DNA from: Scyliorhinus canicula
Lineage: Eukaryota
Length of the DNA: 64,000 nt
Direction: 5' to 3'
NCBI RefSeq assembly: GCF_902713615.1
Contig: NC_052149.1
Location: 127,103,256 to 127,167,255 of the forward strand
The position numbers and the translations under genes were made by a program. The notes beneath the pieces are model-generated. The model ran no database searches. It saw only the letters and a program-made list of their open reading frames with translations, and was not told the DNA's origin. Shown in pieces: positions 1 to 12,900 of the stretch (position 1 is the stretch's first letter; each line of letters starts with the position of its first letter).

Positions 1-585
1 CCTGTGCTGCATTATAGTGCAGCCTAACCACTTGCTGTGTGTACCCTGGTTAATACCATCTCGTGCTCCCTGTCTTTCAGCCTCTCTTAAACCACACCAA
101 TACTTCTTCCCTGTCGGGAATGGGATTGAAGCAGGAACACAGAGGGACTGAGTTCAAATCCCAGGATGGAAATTATGAAATGGAATTGAATAATCTGACC
201 ATTTGTGGTTTGTCTGTAGGAATTGGCCATAAATGTGGCTGGGTTGTTTTAAAGTACACAGGGAAACTGCTGGTTTACCCTGTGACTCTCTACCCTGTCA
301 CTCACTTTAATCATTTCATATGTTTAATGTGATCAACTCTCATTCGACTAAACTGCAGGAATAATGTCCCAGTCTCCTCAATCTCTCCCTATTGAACAAC
401 ACCTCGTCCCGGGAATCAGTCTCAGGAATCTTTCCTTCCAAGGCCAGGAGATCCTTCCTCAGGTAAGGAGACAAACACGGTTCACAATGATCCCGGTCTG
501 GATTCAACAAGCTCCCATATAATTGTAGTAAAACTTCTTCACTCTGACAATGTACAGGGGGTGACACAGTCTCTCTCTCTCAATC

Positions 586-738
586 TCTCTCTCCCTCTCC
601 CTCTTTCTCCCTCTCTCTACTTCACTCTCTCCTGCTCTCTCCCTCTCCGTCTTTCTCACATTTCCTCCCTCCCTCTTTCTCCCTCTATTTCAATTTCTCA
701 CTCTCTCTCTCTTTCTCTCCCATCCCTCTTGTCCCTCT
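586..738. repeat. CT-rich microsatellite running into an assembly gap
   Basis: Imperfect (CT)n tract immediately left of the N run. Confidence 0.9.
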
Positions 739-892
739 NNNNNNNNNNNNNNNNNNNNNNNNNNNNNNNNNNNNNNNNNNNNNNNNNNNNNNNNNNNNNN
801 NNNNNNNNNNNNNNNNNNNNNNNNNNNNNNNNNNNNNNNNNNNNNNNNNNNNNNNNNNNNNNNNNNNNNNNNNNNNNNNNNNNNNNNNNNNN
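739..892. other. Assembly gap (154 N)
   Basis: Run of N. Confidence 1.
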
Positions 893-1299
893 AAGCTGTT
901 CTCTGGGTGTGAGGTGGTGTTTGTCAGTATATTTTCCATGCTGTATGGTTTCTCAGCATGGTGGGAGGGGATTAGTGCTCTGTTCTTTGAGGTGAGGCAG
1001 TGATGTGTGTCCCAGTATCTCAGACAGTGAGGCTGTTGTTTTCTGTGACTGACGCTATCATATCCATTCTCATTTCACTCACTGTGACAGGAGGTTAACG
1101 GTTTGATCAGTGGGGAGGGAGGAACAGACAGAACAAGGAGCTGCAATCATCAGTCACTGCCCAAACCCTTCACACAGCCCACACAGTCCGGAAACTTCTT
1201 CACTAAATATTCTTTCAGCTCCTGAATGAGAGCCCTGGAGCTGGAAAGGGAAACAGAGAAAGACAACTTTTCAAGAAGCTCATGTACACAATGTCCATT

Positions 1300-1648
1300 A
1301 GAACATAGAACATAGAACAGTACAGCACAGAACAGGCCCTTCGGCCCTCGATGTTGTGCCGAGCCATGATCACCCTACTCAAACCCACGTATCCACCCTA
1401 TACCCGTAACCGAACAACTCCCCCTTAACCTTACTTTTATTAGGACACAACGGGCAATTTAGCATGGCCAATCCACCTAACCCGCACATCTTTGGACTGT
1501 GGGAGGAAACCGGAGCACCCGGAGGAAACCCACGCACACAGGGGGAGGACGTGCAGACTCCACACAGACAGTGACCCAGCCGGGAATCGAACCTGGGACC
1601 CTGGAGCTGTGAAGCATTTATGCTAACCACCATGCTACCCTGCTGCCC
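1300..1648 (-). mobile_element. tRNA-derived V-SINE (HE1-like) with CR1-type 3' tail
   Basis: Minus strand: GGGCAGCAGGGTAGCATGGTGGTTAGC head, GGTTCGATTCCC B box, V-domain GGGTTTCCTCCGGGTGCTCCGGTTTCCTCCCACAGTCCAAAGA, and tail ...CTGTTCTATGTTCTATGTTCT shared with the CR1 3' end at 52560-52603. Confidence 0.9.
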
Positions 1649-1656
1649 ATTGTACA

Positions 1657-4600
1657 TGATGTACCATCAATTGGATTCAAGACACGATTAGGATCCAAAC
1701 TGTGGCTTTAATCAGCTCGTTGTTAGCCCGGTGGTCGACTACAGAGTAAGGCCGACCGCCGGGAACTCTGGGTACTTATACCCCGCCTCGGAGGCGGGGT
1801 CTACTTGCCTCTCGACCAATTGGTGAGCAGTCACATGACTAGTCCCAGCCAATCGGACGAGAGGCACATGACCAGCCAGTGCCAATGGGAAACCCATGCT
1901 CTGCACCAATGGCAGTGCTCACATTCATACCACCACATTCACCCCTTGTGGAGAAAGAAGGCGGGGGGGTGTAAGTGGAAGAGAGAGAGAGGGGGGGGAG
2001 GGAGTCCGAGGACTGGTGGTATGGACAGCGAAAATCGAGAAAGGTGGGCTGCCCACTGGCTCGTGGCAAAAAAAAAGAATACTACTACTACTACTTAAGG
2101 TGCAACGGAATAACAACAAAGTCCAAAATGTGCAACGGAATAACAACAAAGTCTAAAACGTCCCATGGTGGCATCAGATGGACACAATCAGCCTGTCGGG
2201 TGCCCGTGGTGTTCTGGTGGACCGTCGCAGTGGAGCTGGTGACGTCGGGCCGATGGTCGTCCTTGCCTCCGGGAGCGTCGGTCGTAGATGTGTCTCCGTA
2301 CCCCGGGCCGGTGGTGGAGACGCTGTAATCGGGGGAGAGGGGGCATGTGCGCTGGGTCGTGGGGGGCGCTGGGGGAATTGGGGTTGGGGGGGAGGTGTTG
2401 ATGTAGGGGGAGAGGGCAGCACGCCGGCGTGTGCCAGGTCCCGAAGCGAGACCATATCCTGCCGACCGTCGGGGTACTCCACGTACACATACTGCGGGTT
2501 GGCGTGGAGTAACTGGACTTGTTCAACCAACGGGTCGGACTTGTGCACCCGCACATGCTTCCGGAGCAAGATGGGCCCGAGCGTGGCCAGCCAGGTCGGG
2601 AGAGGGGATCCTGAGGACAACTTCCTGGGGAAAACAAGAAGCCGTTCATGAGGTGTTTGATTAGTGGTGGTACAGAGGAGAGACCGGATTGAATGCAGGG
2701 CGTCGGGAATGACTTCTTGCCAACGGGGAATAGGGAGATCTCTGGACCGTAGGGCCAGCAGGATGGTCTTCCAAATGGTGCCATTCTCCCGCTCGATCTG
2801 ACCGTTACCCCGGGGGTTATAACTGGTCGTCCTGCTAGAGGCTATGCCCCTGCTGAGCAGGAACTGACGCAGTTCGTCACTCGGTCGCTGTGGATGTACG
2901 CGCGGTAACCGAACAGGGAGAAGATGGAAAGGAGGGCCTTTATGACGGTTGTTGTGGTCATGTCGGGACAGGGAATGGCGAAATGGAAGCGGGAGTATTC
3001 GTCGATAACACTCAAGAAATATGTGTTACGGTTGTTGGAGGGGAGGGGACCCTTGAAGTCTATACTGAGACGTTCAAAGGGGCGGGATGCCTTGATCAGA
3101 TGCGCTCGTTCGGGGCGGTAGAAGTGCGGTTTGCACTCGGCACAGACGTGGCAGTCCCTGGTGACGGCCCTGACCTCCTCAACGGAGTAGGGCAGGTTGC
3201 GGGTCTTAATCAAATGGTAGAAACGGGTGACCCCTGGATGGCAGAGGTCCGTGTGGATGGAGCGGAGGCGGTCAATCTGTGCGCTGGCGCAGGTACCGCA
3301 GGATAGGGCATCAGGAGGCTCGTTGAGCTTCCCAGGACGATACAAGATATCGTAGTTGTACGTGGACAACTCGATCCGCCACCGCAAGATCTTGTGTTCT
3401 TGATCTTACCCCTCTGTGCATTGTCGAACATGAAAGCTACTGACCGTTGGTCTGTGAGGAGGGTAAACCTCCTGCCGGCCAGATAGTGCCTCCAATGTCG
3501 CACAGTTTCAACTATGGCCTGTGCTTCCTTTTCCACCGAGAAATGGCGGATTTCGGAAGCGTGGCGGGTTCGTGAAAAGAAGGCCACGGGTCTGCCCGCT
3601 TGGTTCAGGGTGGCCGCCAGAGCTACGTCAGACGCGTCGCTCTCAACCTGGCATGGGAGGGACTCGTCGACAGCATGCATCGTAGCCTTTGCGATATCCG
3701 CTTTGATGCGGCTAAAGGCCCGGCGGGCCTCCATCGACAGGGGAAAGGAGGTGGACTGGATGAGGGGGCGGGCTTTGTCGGCGTAGTTGGGGACCCACTG
3801 GGCATAATATGAGAAGAAGCCCAGGCAGCGTTTGAGGGAGTTGGGGAGGGGGAGTTCCATCAGGGAGCGCATGCGTTCGGGATCGGGGCCTATTACTCCG
3901 TTACGCACTATGTAGCCAAGGATGGCTGGATGGTCGGTGCTAAACACGGACTTATCCTTACTGTAAGTTAAATTAAGGAGTTTTGCGGTTTGGAGGAATT
4001 TTTGGAGGTTGATGTCGTGGTCCTGCTGGTCGTGGCCGCAGATGGTGACGGTATCGAGATACGGGAAGGTGGCCCGTAAACCGTGCTTGTCGACCATTCG
4101 GTCCATCTCCCGTTGGAAGACCGAGACCCCATTTGTGACACCGAATGGAACCCTGAGGAAGTGGTAGAGGCGCCCATCAGCCTCAAACGCGGTGTACTTT
4201 CGGTCACTCGCGCGGATGGGCAGCTGGTCATAGGCGGACTTAAGGTCCACCGTGGAGAAGACTTTGTACTTCGCGATCCTGTTAACCAGGTCGGAAATAC
4301 GGGGGAAAGGATACGTGCACAGCTGCGTAAACCTGTTGATGGTCTGACTGTAATCGATGACCAATTGGTTTTTCTCCCCAGTCCGAACTACCAGCATTTG
4401 GGCTCGCCAGGCACTGTTGCTGGCCTCGATAACTCCTTCCTTAAGGAGCCTCTGGACCTCGGATCCGATGAAGGTCCGGTCCTGGGCACTGTGTCGTCTG
4501 CTCCTAGTGACGACAGGTTTACAATCTGGGGTGAGATTAGCAAACAAGGAAGGGGGGTCCACTTTGAGGGACGCGAGGCTGCAGACAGTAAGAGGAGGAA

Positions 4601-4812
4601 TAGGGACCGCCGAATTGAAAGGTCAAGCTCTGCAGGTTACACTGGAAATCCAGGCCCAAGAGTGCCGGAGCGCATAGACGGGGGAGGATGAGGAGTTTGA
4701 AGATTTTGAAGACCCCCCCCCGGACCGTGAGGTCCGCTATGCAGCACCCGGTGATTTGGACGGAGTGAGAACCCGAGGCCAATTCAATCTTATGCTTAAC
4801 TGGGTGGATGGT
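1657..4812 (-). mobile_element. 5'-truncated Gypsy-type LTR retrotransposon (copy 1): part of PR, RT, RNase H, integrase, PPT and 3' LTR (1657-1937)
   Basis: Minus-strand ORFs with VFSTVDLKSAY, VPFGVTNG, ESDASD, HHCC zinc finger, SIDFKGP, IHSD and QIERENG motifs; 281-bp LTR TGTGGTGG...GTACATCA preceded by PPT AAGGGGTGAA; frameshifts and stops present. Confidence 0.95.
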
Positions 4813-5011
4813 GAGAAATATGAACTGATCCGGGCGAGTCAGCATGGATTCAAAAAGGGTCAGACATCGTCCACTAACCTGGATACATTTGTTAATGAGG
4901 TCATCAATGTGGTAGATAAGGGAATGTCTGTGGATGTTATTCATATGGATTTCCAGAAGATATTTGAGAAGGTTCCACAGGAGAGGCTGTTAATAACATT
5001 GGAAGCATATG

Positions 5012-5180
5012 GGGCTGGATTCTCCGCCCCACCGGGCCACATTTCTGTCCTGACCCACCGGTGGGATTCTCCGTTATGCCGGCTGGTCAATGGGGTTTCC
5101 CATTGTGGGCAGCCCCACGCCGTCGGGAAAACCCCGTGTGCCGGTAAAACGGAGCATCCCGCTGGTGGAGAATCCCGCCC
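5012..5180. mobile_element. PIF/Harbinger-type MITE (169 bp) inserted in a CR1 RT fragment
   Basis: TIRs GGGCTGGATTCTCC / GGAGAATCCCGCCC; 3-bp TSD ATG on both sides; removing it restores the CR1 reading LEAYGI. Confidence 0.85.
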
Positions 5181-5409
5181 ATGGAATTTGAGGAAATGTT
5201 TTGCCATGGTTAAGGAATTAGTTAGGAGGTAGGAGACAGGGACGAGGGATAATGTGTGTGACTCCAATCAGCAAGATGTGAATAGTGATGTCCCCAGGGA
5301 TCTGAGCTGGAGCCTAAGCTTTTCACTGTATTTCTCAATGACTTGGATGAAGGAATAGAGAGACATATATCCAAGTTACTGACCACACTAAGTTAGACAG
5401 CTTGGAGGA

Positions 5410-5880
5410 GGTTACAGAGATAGGGAGGGTGGAGGACAGGGAGGGGTTTGAGAACAAGGATGAGAATTTAAAATCGAGGCATTGCTGGACCGGGAGTCAG
5501 TGTAGGTCAGTGAGCAGAGGGGGTGATGGGTGAACGGGATTTGGTGTGAGTTCAGATCCAGGCAGCAGAGTTTTGGATCAGCTGATGTTTACGGAGGGTG
5601 GTAGGTGTGAGGCCGGCCAGGACACATTGGAATAGTCACGTTTAGAGGGAACAAAGACATGGAGGAGATTCTCAGGAGCAGATGATGTGAGGCAGGAACG
5701 ACTTGGGCGATGTTACCGAGGGGGAAATAGGCCGTGTTAGTGATGGAGCGGATGATGTGGTGGGAAGGTCATCTCAGGGTCAAATAGGACACCATGGCTG
5801 TGAACTGTGTGGTTCAGAGTCAGACAGGCCCAGGGAGAGTGATGGAATCAGTGTCTGGGGAACAGAGATTGTGATGGGGA
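5410..5880 (-). mobile_element. L2-clade LINE fragment
   Basis: Same sequence family as the L2 fragment at about 56060-56300. Confidence 0.65.
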
Positions 5881-7227
5881 CTGAAGACAATGGCAGATGG
5901 AGATCAATGTGGGGCTGTGAAATCATCCACTTTGGACCAAAGAAAGAGAAATCAGAGTCATTTCTAAATGGTGGGAAGCTGGGAATTGTGGAGGAACAGA
6001 GAGATGAGGCCAATGTTGTAAAGAGTCTGGTTGAGCAGCAGACAGTGCTCAGGGAGAGGGATGGAGTTTGTATCGGGAGCTGATGACGATGGCTTTGATC
6101 TTCCCAATGTGTTTCCCAGTGAGCCTGGCTCCTCAGTCCTGACTGCTCTTAGCTGCTGTTCTTGTCACTGATTGGACAGTTATTGTTAGAGATTCAGACC
6201 ACAGCAGAAACCCCCAGTGTAAAAAATAACAGCAAAGACTGTCAGATCGGAAGATTGAAACGTAACCAACAGAGGAAGTGAAAGAAGGGGCTCAGAGCAG
6301 CTGGATGTTTGTTACTGACACGGGAGAAAACTGTGAACCGTGTCCATTACCTGTTCTGGCGTACATGTGACTCCAGACCCACAGCAATGTGGTTGACTCT
6401 GAAATGGCCACTCAGTTGTATCAAACCGCTGCAAATCCCAAAAGGAATGAAATCGGGCGGACCACCCGGCATCAACCTGGACCCCGGAAACAACAACAGC
6501 GAATCCAGCCCTGCAAAGTCCTCCTCACTGACATACATAGAACGTAGAAAACAGAACAGGAGGAGCCCATTCGGCCCTTCGACACTGCTCTAGCATTCAT
6601 TATGATCGTGGCTGATCATCAAGTTCAATATCCTGATCCCGCCTTCTCCCCATATCCCTTGATTCGCTTAACCCCAAGAGCTATATCTAATTCCTTCTTG
6701 AAATTATGCAACATTTTGTCTTCAACTACTTTCTGTGGTTGTGAATTCCACAGATACCCTACTCTCTGGGTGAAGAAATTTCTCCTCAACTCAGTACTAG
6801 GTTTACCCCTCATCCTCAAACTATGACCCCTAGACCTGGACTCCCCACTATCGTGAAAACTCTTTCTGAATCTACCGTGTCTAATCCTGTTCAAATTTTA
6901 TACGTTTCTCTGAGGTCCCCTCTCACACTTCTAAACTCCAATGAAATATAATCCTAACAGATATAGTCTCTCCTCAAATGACAGTCCCGCCATCTCAGCA
7001 ATCAGCCTTGTAAACCTTTTGCTGCCCTCCCTCCACAGCAAGAACATCCTTCCTCAAATGAGGACACCAAAATTGCACACAATACTCCAGGTTCAGCCTC
7101 ACCAATGCCCTATAAAATTGCAGTAAAGCATCTCTCTTCCTAACCTCCCGCTATGAAGGCCAACATATCATTTGCCTTCTTTGCTGCCTGCTGTACCTGC
7201 ACGCTTACTTTCCGCGACTGATGCATG

Positions 7228-8818
7228 ATTGGGGTATGTGGGGATTCAGGTAGCGAGGGAATGGACGGCATTCCATAAGTGGAACATAAGAAAGCTGGTG
7301 GAGGAGGCTAGGGAGCATCTGAAGAGGTGCGAACACTGCGCTTAACGTTGGCGGGGAGGGTCCAAGTGGTGAAAATGAATATTCTGCCGAGGTTCTTGTT
7401 TATCTTTCAAGCTCTCGCGATCTTTATACCAAAGGCCCTTTTTCGGAAAGTGGACATGATCATTTCTGACTTTGTATGGCCGGGGAAGGTGCCGAGGGTG
7501 GGGAGGACTCTGCCACAGAGGCAGCAGGGTGGTTGGCGTTGCCAAACCTGCTTCATTATTATTGGGCAGCAAATGTGGACAAGGCGCGGCGGTGGTGGGA
7601 AGGAGAAGGGGTAGAGTGGGTTAGGATGGAGCAAGAATCTTGTAAGGGGTCTAGTTTGATGGCTATGGTGATGGCAGCATTGCCAATGGCTCCGAGTAGG
7701 TATTCAGGGAGTCCGGTGGTGCAGTCCACGGTGAAGATATGGAATCAGTTGAGGAGGATTTTTAGGGTTGAGCGGATGTCGGTGCTAACGCCGCTGTGTG
7801 AGAATCATGGGTTTGAGTAGGGGGGGATGGAAAGTGTATACAGGAGGTGGAAGGAAGTGGGGCTGGTCAAGGTGAGGGATCTGTATCTGGAAGAAGGGTT
7901 TGTCAGTCAGGAGGAGCTAAGGGAGGGGGTAGAGCTGCCGAGGGGGAGTGAGTTCAGGTATCTGCAGGTTGTCAACTTTGCGCGAAAGGTCTGGAGGTGT
8001 TTCCCTAGGTTGCCGGGATACACCTTGCTGGAGCGACTGCTGCTTCTGGATGTGGAAGGGAGGGAAGAATTGGGGATATGTACAAGTGGCTGGGGGAGCA
8101 GGGAGGCGAGCGGATGGTGAAGATCAAGGAAAAATAGGAAGCGGAGTTGGGAATGGGGATCAATTGGGGAGTATGGAGTGAGGCACTGTGTAGGGTAAAT
8201 GGGACCTCTTCTTGTGCAAGGATGAGCCTGATACAGTTTAAAATGGTGCGGTGCATATGACTTGGGCGAGAATCAGTGGGTTCTTTCAGGGGGGAGCAGA
8301 TGAGTGTGAGAGGTGTGGACGGGGGCCAGCAAATCACGTACACATGTTTTGGAGTTGTGAAAAATTGGGAAGATTCTGGGCGGGGTGTTCGCGGTCTTAG
8401 CCAGTATAGTGGAGGAGGAGGTGGACCCATACCTTTTGGTGGCGATATTTGGGGTTTCAGAGAAGCCGGAGCTCATAGAGTGGAGGAAGGCCGATGTCTT
8501 GGCCTTCGCCTCTCTGATTGTTTGCCGGCGAATTTTGCTGGAGTGGCGATCGGCATTGCCACCGGGGGTTGTGGCTTGGTTGGGTGATCTGTACGACTTC
8601 CTGTGATTAGAGAAGATAAAGTATGAGTTGAGGGACTCCGCAGAGGGGTGTAAGGAAAAGTGGGGGGGGGGGGGGTGTTTGAGGAGCTGTTTGTCGTGGG
8701 GTGGGGTTAAAAAGGGGAATAATCTGTACAGGCTGTAAAGTTGATTGTTGGGAAGCATGTTTCCTGGAGTGTAACTTGTTTTGATACATGTTTGTAATAA
8801 AACACCTTTTTTTTTTAA
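7228..8818 (+). mobile_element. 5'-truncated L1/Tx1-clade LINE (ORF2 C-terminus), degenerate
   Basis: Peptides LTLAGRVQVVKMNILPRFLF and LALPNLLHYYWAAN; AATAAA near the 3' end; 7-bp TSD ATGCATG at 7221-7227 and 8819-8825. Confidence 0.85.
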
Positions 8819-9078
8819 ATGCATGTGCCCACTTACTCAGCCTGTCCAAATCCCATTGAAAAATCTCTGCATCCTCCTCACAGCTCACCCTCACACCCAA
8901 CTTTCGAACATCTGCAAATTTAGAGATCACACATTTAGTTCCCTCGTCCAATTCGCTGATATATAATGTGAACAGTTGGGATCCTGGCACAGATTGCTGC
9001 GGTACCCCACTAGTCATTGCCTGGCAGGCAGAAAAAAATGGATGTCACTGGACGAGTAATCCAGAGACCCAGGCTCGG

Positions 9079-9925
9079 ACATAGATAGAGTGAAGACTTG
9101 GGTAGAGAAATGGCAAATAGAGTTTAACCCGGACAAATGTGAGGTAATGCATTTTAGTAGGACTAACATATAGGGAAATATACCGTAAATGGCAAAACTC
9201 TGAGAATATAGAAAGTCAGAGAGATCAGGGCGTGCAGCTCCACAGATCTTTGAAAGTGGCAACACAAGTGGACAAGGTAGTCAAGAAAGCATACGGAATG
9301 CTTGCCTTCATTGGACGGGGCATTGCGTATAAAAGCTGGCAAGTCATGCTACAGTTGTATAGAATCTTAGGAAGACTGCACTTGGAATATTGCGCACAAT
9401 TCTTGTCGCCACACTACCAGAAGGATGTGGAGTCTTTGGAGAGGGTGCAGAGGAGGTTTACCAGGATGTTGCCTGGTCTGGAGGGTGTTAGCTATGCAGA
9501 GAGGCTGTATAGACTCTGGCTGTTTTCAGTAGAATGACGGAGGTTGAGGGATGACCTGATAGAGGTCTACAAGATTATGAGGGACATGGATAGAGTGGAT
9601 GGGCAGACAATCTTTCCCAGGGTGGAGAGGTGAGTCACTAGGGGTCATAGATTTAAGGTCCGTGGGCAAAGTTTAGAGGAGATGTGCAAGGCAGATTATT
9701 CACACAGAGGGTGCTGAGTGCCTAGAATGCGCTGCCAGTGGATGATGTGGAAGCAGATACATTAATGGCATTCAAAAGGTATCTTGAGAAATAGATGGAT
9801 AGGATGGGTAGAGGGATTCGGCTCGAGGAAGCGCTGAGGGATTTTGCCAAGACTGGTATCATGACCGGCGCAGGGCTGGAGGGCCAAATGGCCTGTGCCT
9901 GAGCTGTATTGTTCTTTGATCTTTG
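9079..9925 (+). mobile_element. CR1-clade LINE 3' fragment
   Basis: KVATQVDKVVKKAYGMLAFI, HLEYCAQF and LERVQRRFTRMLPGL motifs followed by a CR1-type 3' UTR. Confidence 0.9.
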
Positions 9926-9974
9926 TACTTGAGGCCTAATAGGAAGGTTTCCCATTTTTACTGTATCTTGTTGA

Positions 9975-12900
9975 GGGTTCAGTGGGAAGGAGGCCCAGGT
10001 ATGGTGGGCCCTATTCAAGGGTCCAGTGGGAATTAGGCCAATGTTTACTGGCCCCGATTGGAGGGTCCAGTGGGAAGGAGGCCCATGTTTACTGGTCCCT
10101 ATTGGAGGGCCCAGTGGGAAGGAGGCCCATGTTTACTGCTCCCTATTGGAGGGTCCAGTAGGAAGGAGACCCATGTTTACTGGTCCCTATTGGAGGGTCC
10201 AGTGGGAAGGAGGCCCATGTTTACTGGTCCCTATAGGAGGGTCCAGTGGTGTGGTGGTATGATTTGCATAGCTGGCTGCCATTGGTGCAGAACACCGGCT
10301 TACCATTGGCTCTGGTCGGTTATGTGCCTCTCGACCGATTGGTTGAGACCAGTCAAGTGATGGCTCTCCGATTTGGCGAGAGGCTGAGTTAACCACGCCT
10401 CCAAATCGTGGTATAAATAGCCAGAACGCCCGGCGGTTGTCTATTTACTGTAGTCGACCACAGGGCTGACTTCTAGCTTATTAAAGCCTAACTTTTGTAC
10501 AGCAACTCGTCTCGTGACCTTAAGTCCGCTTCCCACCAGCTCCCCCTCCGCGCGAGTGACCGCAAATACACCGCCTCTACCACTTCCTTAGGGTTCCATT
10601 TGGTGTCACAAATGGGGTCTCGGTCTTCCAACGGGAGATGGATCGAATGGTCGACAAGTACGGATTACGGGCTACCTTCCCGCATCTTGATAATGTCACC
10701 ATCTGCGGCCACGATCAGCAGGACCATGACACCAACCTCCGCAAATTCCTCCAAACCGCAAAACTCCTTAACCTCACATACAATAAGGATAAGTGCGTGT
10801 TTAGCACCGACCGTCTAGCCATCCTCGGCTACGTAGTGCGTAACGGAGTGATAGGCCCCGACCCCGAACGCATGCGCCCCCTGATGGAACTCCCTCTCCC
10901 CAATTCCCTCAAATCCCTCACCTGCCTGGGTTTCTTCGCTTACTACGCCCAATGGGTTCCTAATTACGCTGACAAGGCCCGTCCCCTCATTCAAACCACG
11001 ACCTTCCCGCCGTCGACAGAGGCCTGCCAGGCCGTTAGCCGCATCAAAGCGGACATCGCAAAGGCCACGATGTGCGCCATCGACGAGTCCCTCCCCTTCC
11101 TGGTCGAGAACAACGCATCAGAAGTAGCTCTGGCGGCCACCCTGAACCAAGCGGGCAGACTCGTGGCCTTCTTCTCCAGAACTCTCCAGGCTTCCGAACT
11201 CCGCCACCCCGCTGTGGAAAAGGAAGCCCAGGCCATAGTCAAAGCGGTGCAACATTGGAGGCACTATTTGGCCGGCAGGAGGTTTACCCTCCTCACAGAC
11301 CAACGGTCAGTAGCCTTCATGTTTGATAATGCGCAAAGGGGCAAGATCAAGAATGACAAGATCTTACGGTGGCGGATCGAGTTGCCCACGTACAACTATG
11401 AGATCTTGTATCGTCCTGGGAAGCTCAATGAGCCTCCTGATGCCCTGTCCCGCGGTACCTGCGCCAGCACGCAGATAGACCGCCTCCTCTCCCTCCACGC
11501 AGACTTCTGCCATCCGGGGGTGACCCACCTCTACCATTTCATTAAGGCCCACAACCTGCCTTTCTCCATCGCGGAAGTCAGGACAGTAACCCGTGACTGC
11601 CACATCTGCGCCGAGTGCAAACCGCACTTCTACCGCCCCGAGCGCGCACATCTGATCAAAGCATCCCGCCCCTTTGAACGTCTCAGCATTGACTTCAAGG
11701 GGCCCCTTCCCTCTACCAACCGCAACATTTACTTCCTGATGGTAATCGACGAATACTCCCACTTCCCCTTCGCCATTCCCTGCCCCGACATGACCACATC
11801 GACCGTCATTAAGGCCCTCCTCTCCATCTTCTCACTGTTCGGCTACCCCGCGTACATACACAGTGAGCAGGGGTCCTCATTTATGAGCGACGAGCTGCGT
11901 CAATTCCTGCTCAACAGGGGCATTGCCTCTAGCAGAACGACCAGCTATAACCCCCGGGGTAACGGACAGGTCGAGCGGGAGAATGGTACCATCTGGAAGA
12001 CCATACTACTGGCCCTCCGGTCCAGAGATCTCCCTATTTCCCGATGGCAAGAGGTTATCTCCGATGCCCTACACTCTATCCGCTCACTCCTCTGTACTGC
12101 AACTAATCAGACACCTCATGAACGTCTTCTTGTTTTCCCCAGGAAGTCGTCCTCCGGATCCTCTCTCGCGACGTGGCTGGCCGCCCCCGGACCCATCTTG
12201 CTCCGGAAGCATGTGCGGGTGCACAAGTCCGACCCGTTGGTGGAACAAGTCCAGTTACTCCACGCTAACCCGCAGTATGCATATGTGGAGTACCCCGACG
12301 GTCGGCAGGACACGGTCTCCCTCCTGGACCTGGCACCCGCCGGCGTGCGCCCTTCCCCCCCCTTCACCACAGACCCCCCCCCCCTGTTTTTTTTCCCCCA
12401 GCGCCCCACCCTGGCCATCCCTTCCCCATCCGCGGCGTATCCACCGCCAGCTCGGGTGACGGAAACTGTTCAAGGCCCATCGCTCCCGGACTCCAGGACG
12501 TCAGCGGAACCACCACCATCGGCTGAACCGACGTCACCTACTCCACTGCGGCGGTCTGCTAGAACGTCATGGGCCATGAAAAGACTGATCGAATCAATTT
12601 AATTAACAACAACTCCATGGACCTTGTTGAGACATTTTGTACTATTGCTAATTGTCTGGGCCAGTGGGAAGCCAAAATAAGAAAAAGAAATTTCTCCCTG
12701 CTCTGGCTGCTACTCATACCACCAGTTCTCTCCCCCCCCCCCCCCCCCCCCCCCCGGCTTCTTTCTCCGCAAGGGGTGAATGTGGTGGTATGATTTGCAT
12801 AGCTGTCTGCCATTGGTGCAGAACACCATTGGCCCTGGTCGGTCATGTGCCTCTCGACCGATTGGTTGAGACCAGTCATGTGACGGCTCTCCGATTGGTC

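Noticed and set aside
1038-1086. Possible J-type RSS (GTTTTCTGT ... CACTGTG)
   Set aside because: The spacer is 33 bp and no FGxG/WGxG segment follows.
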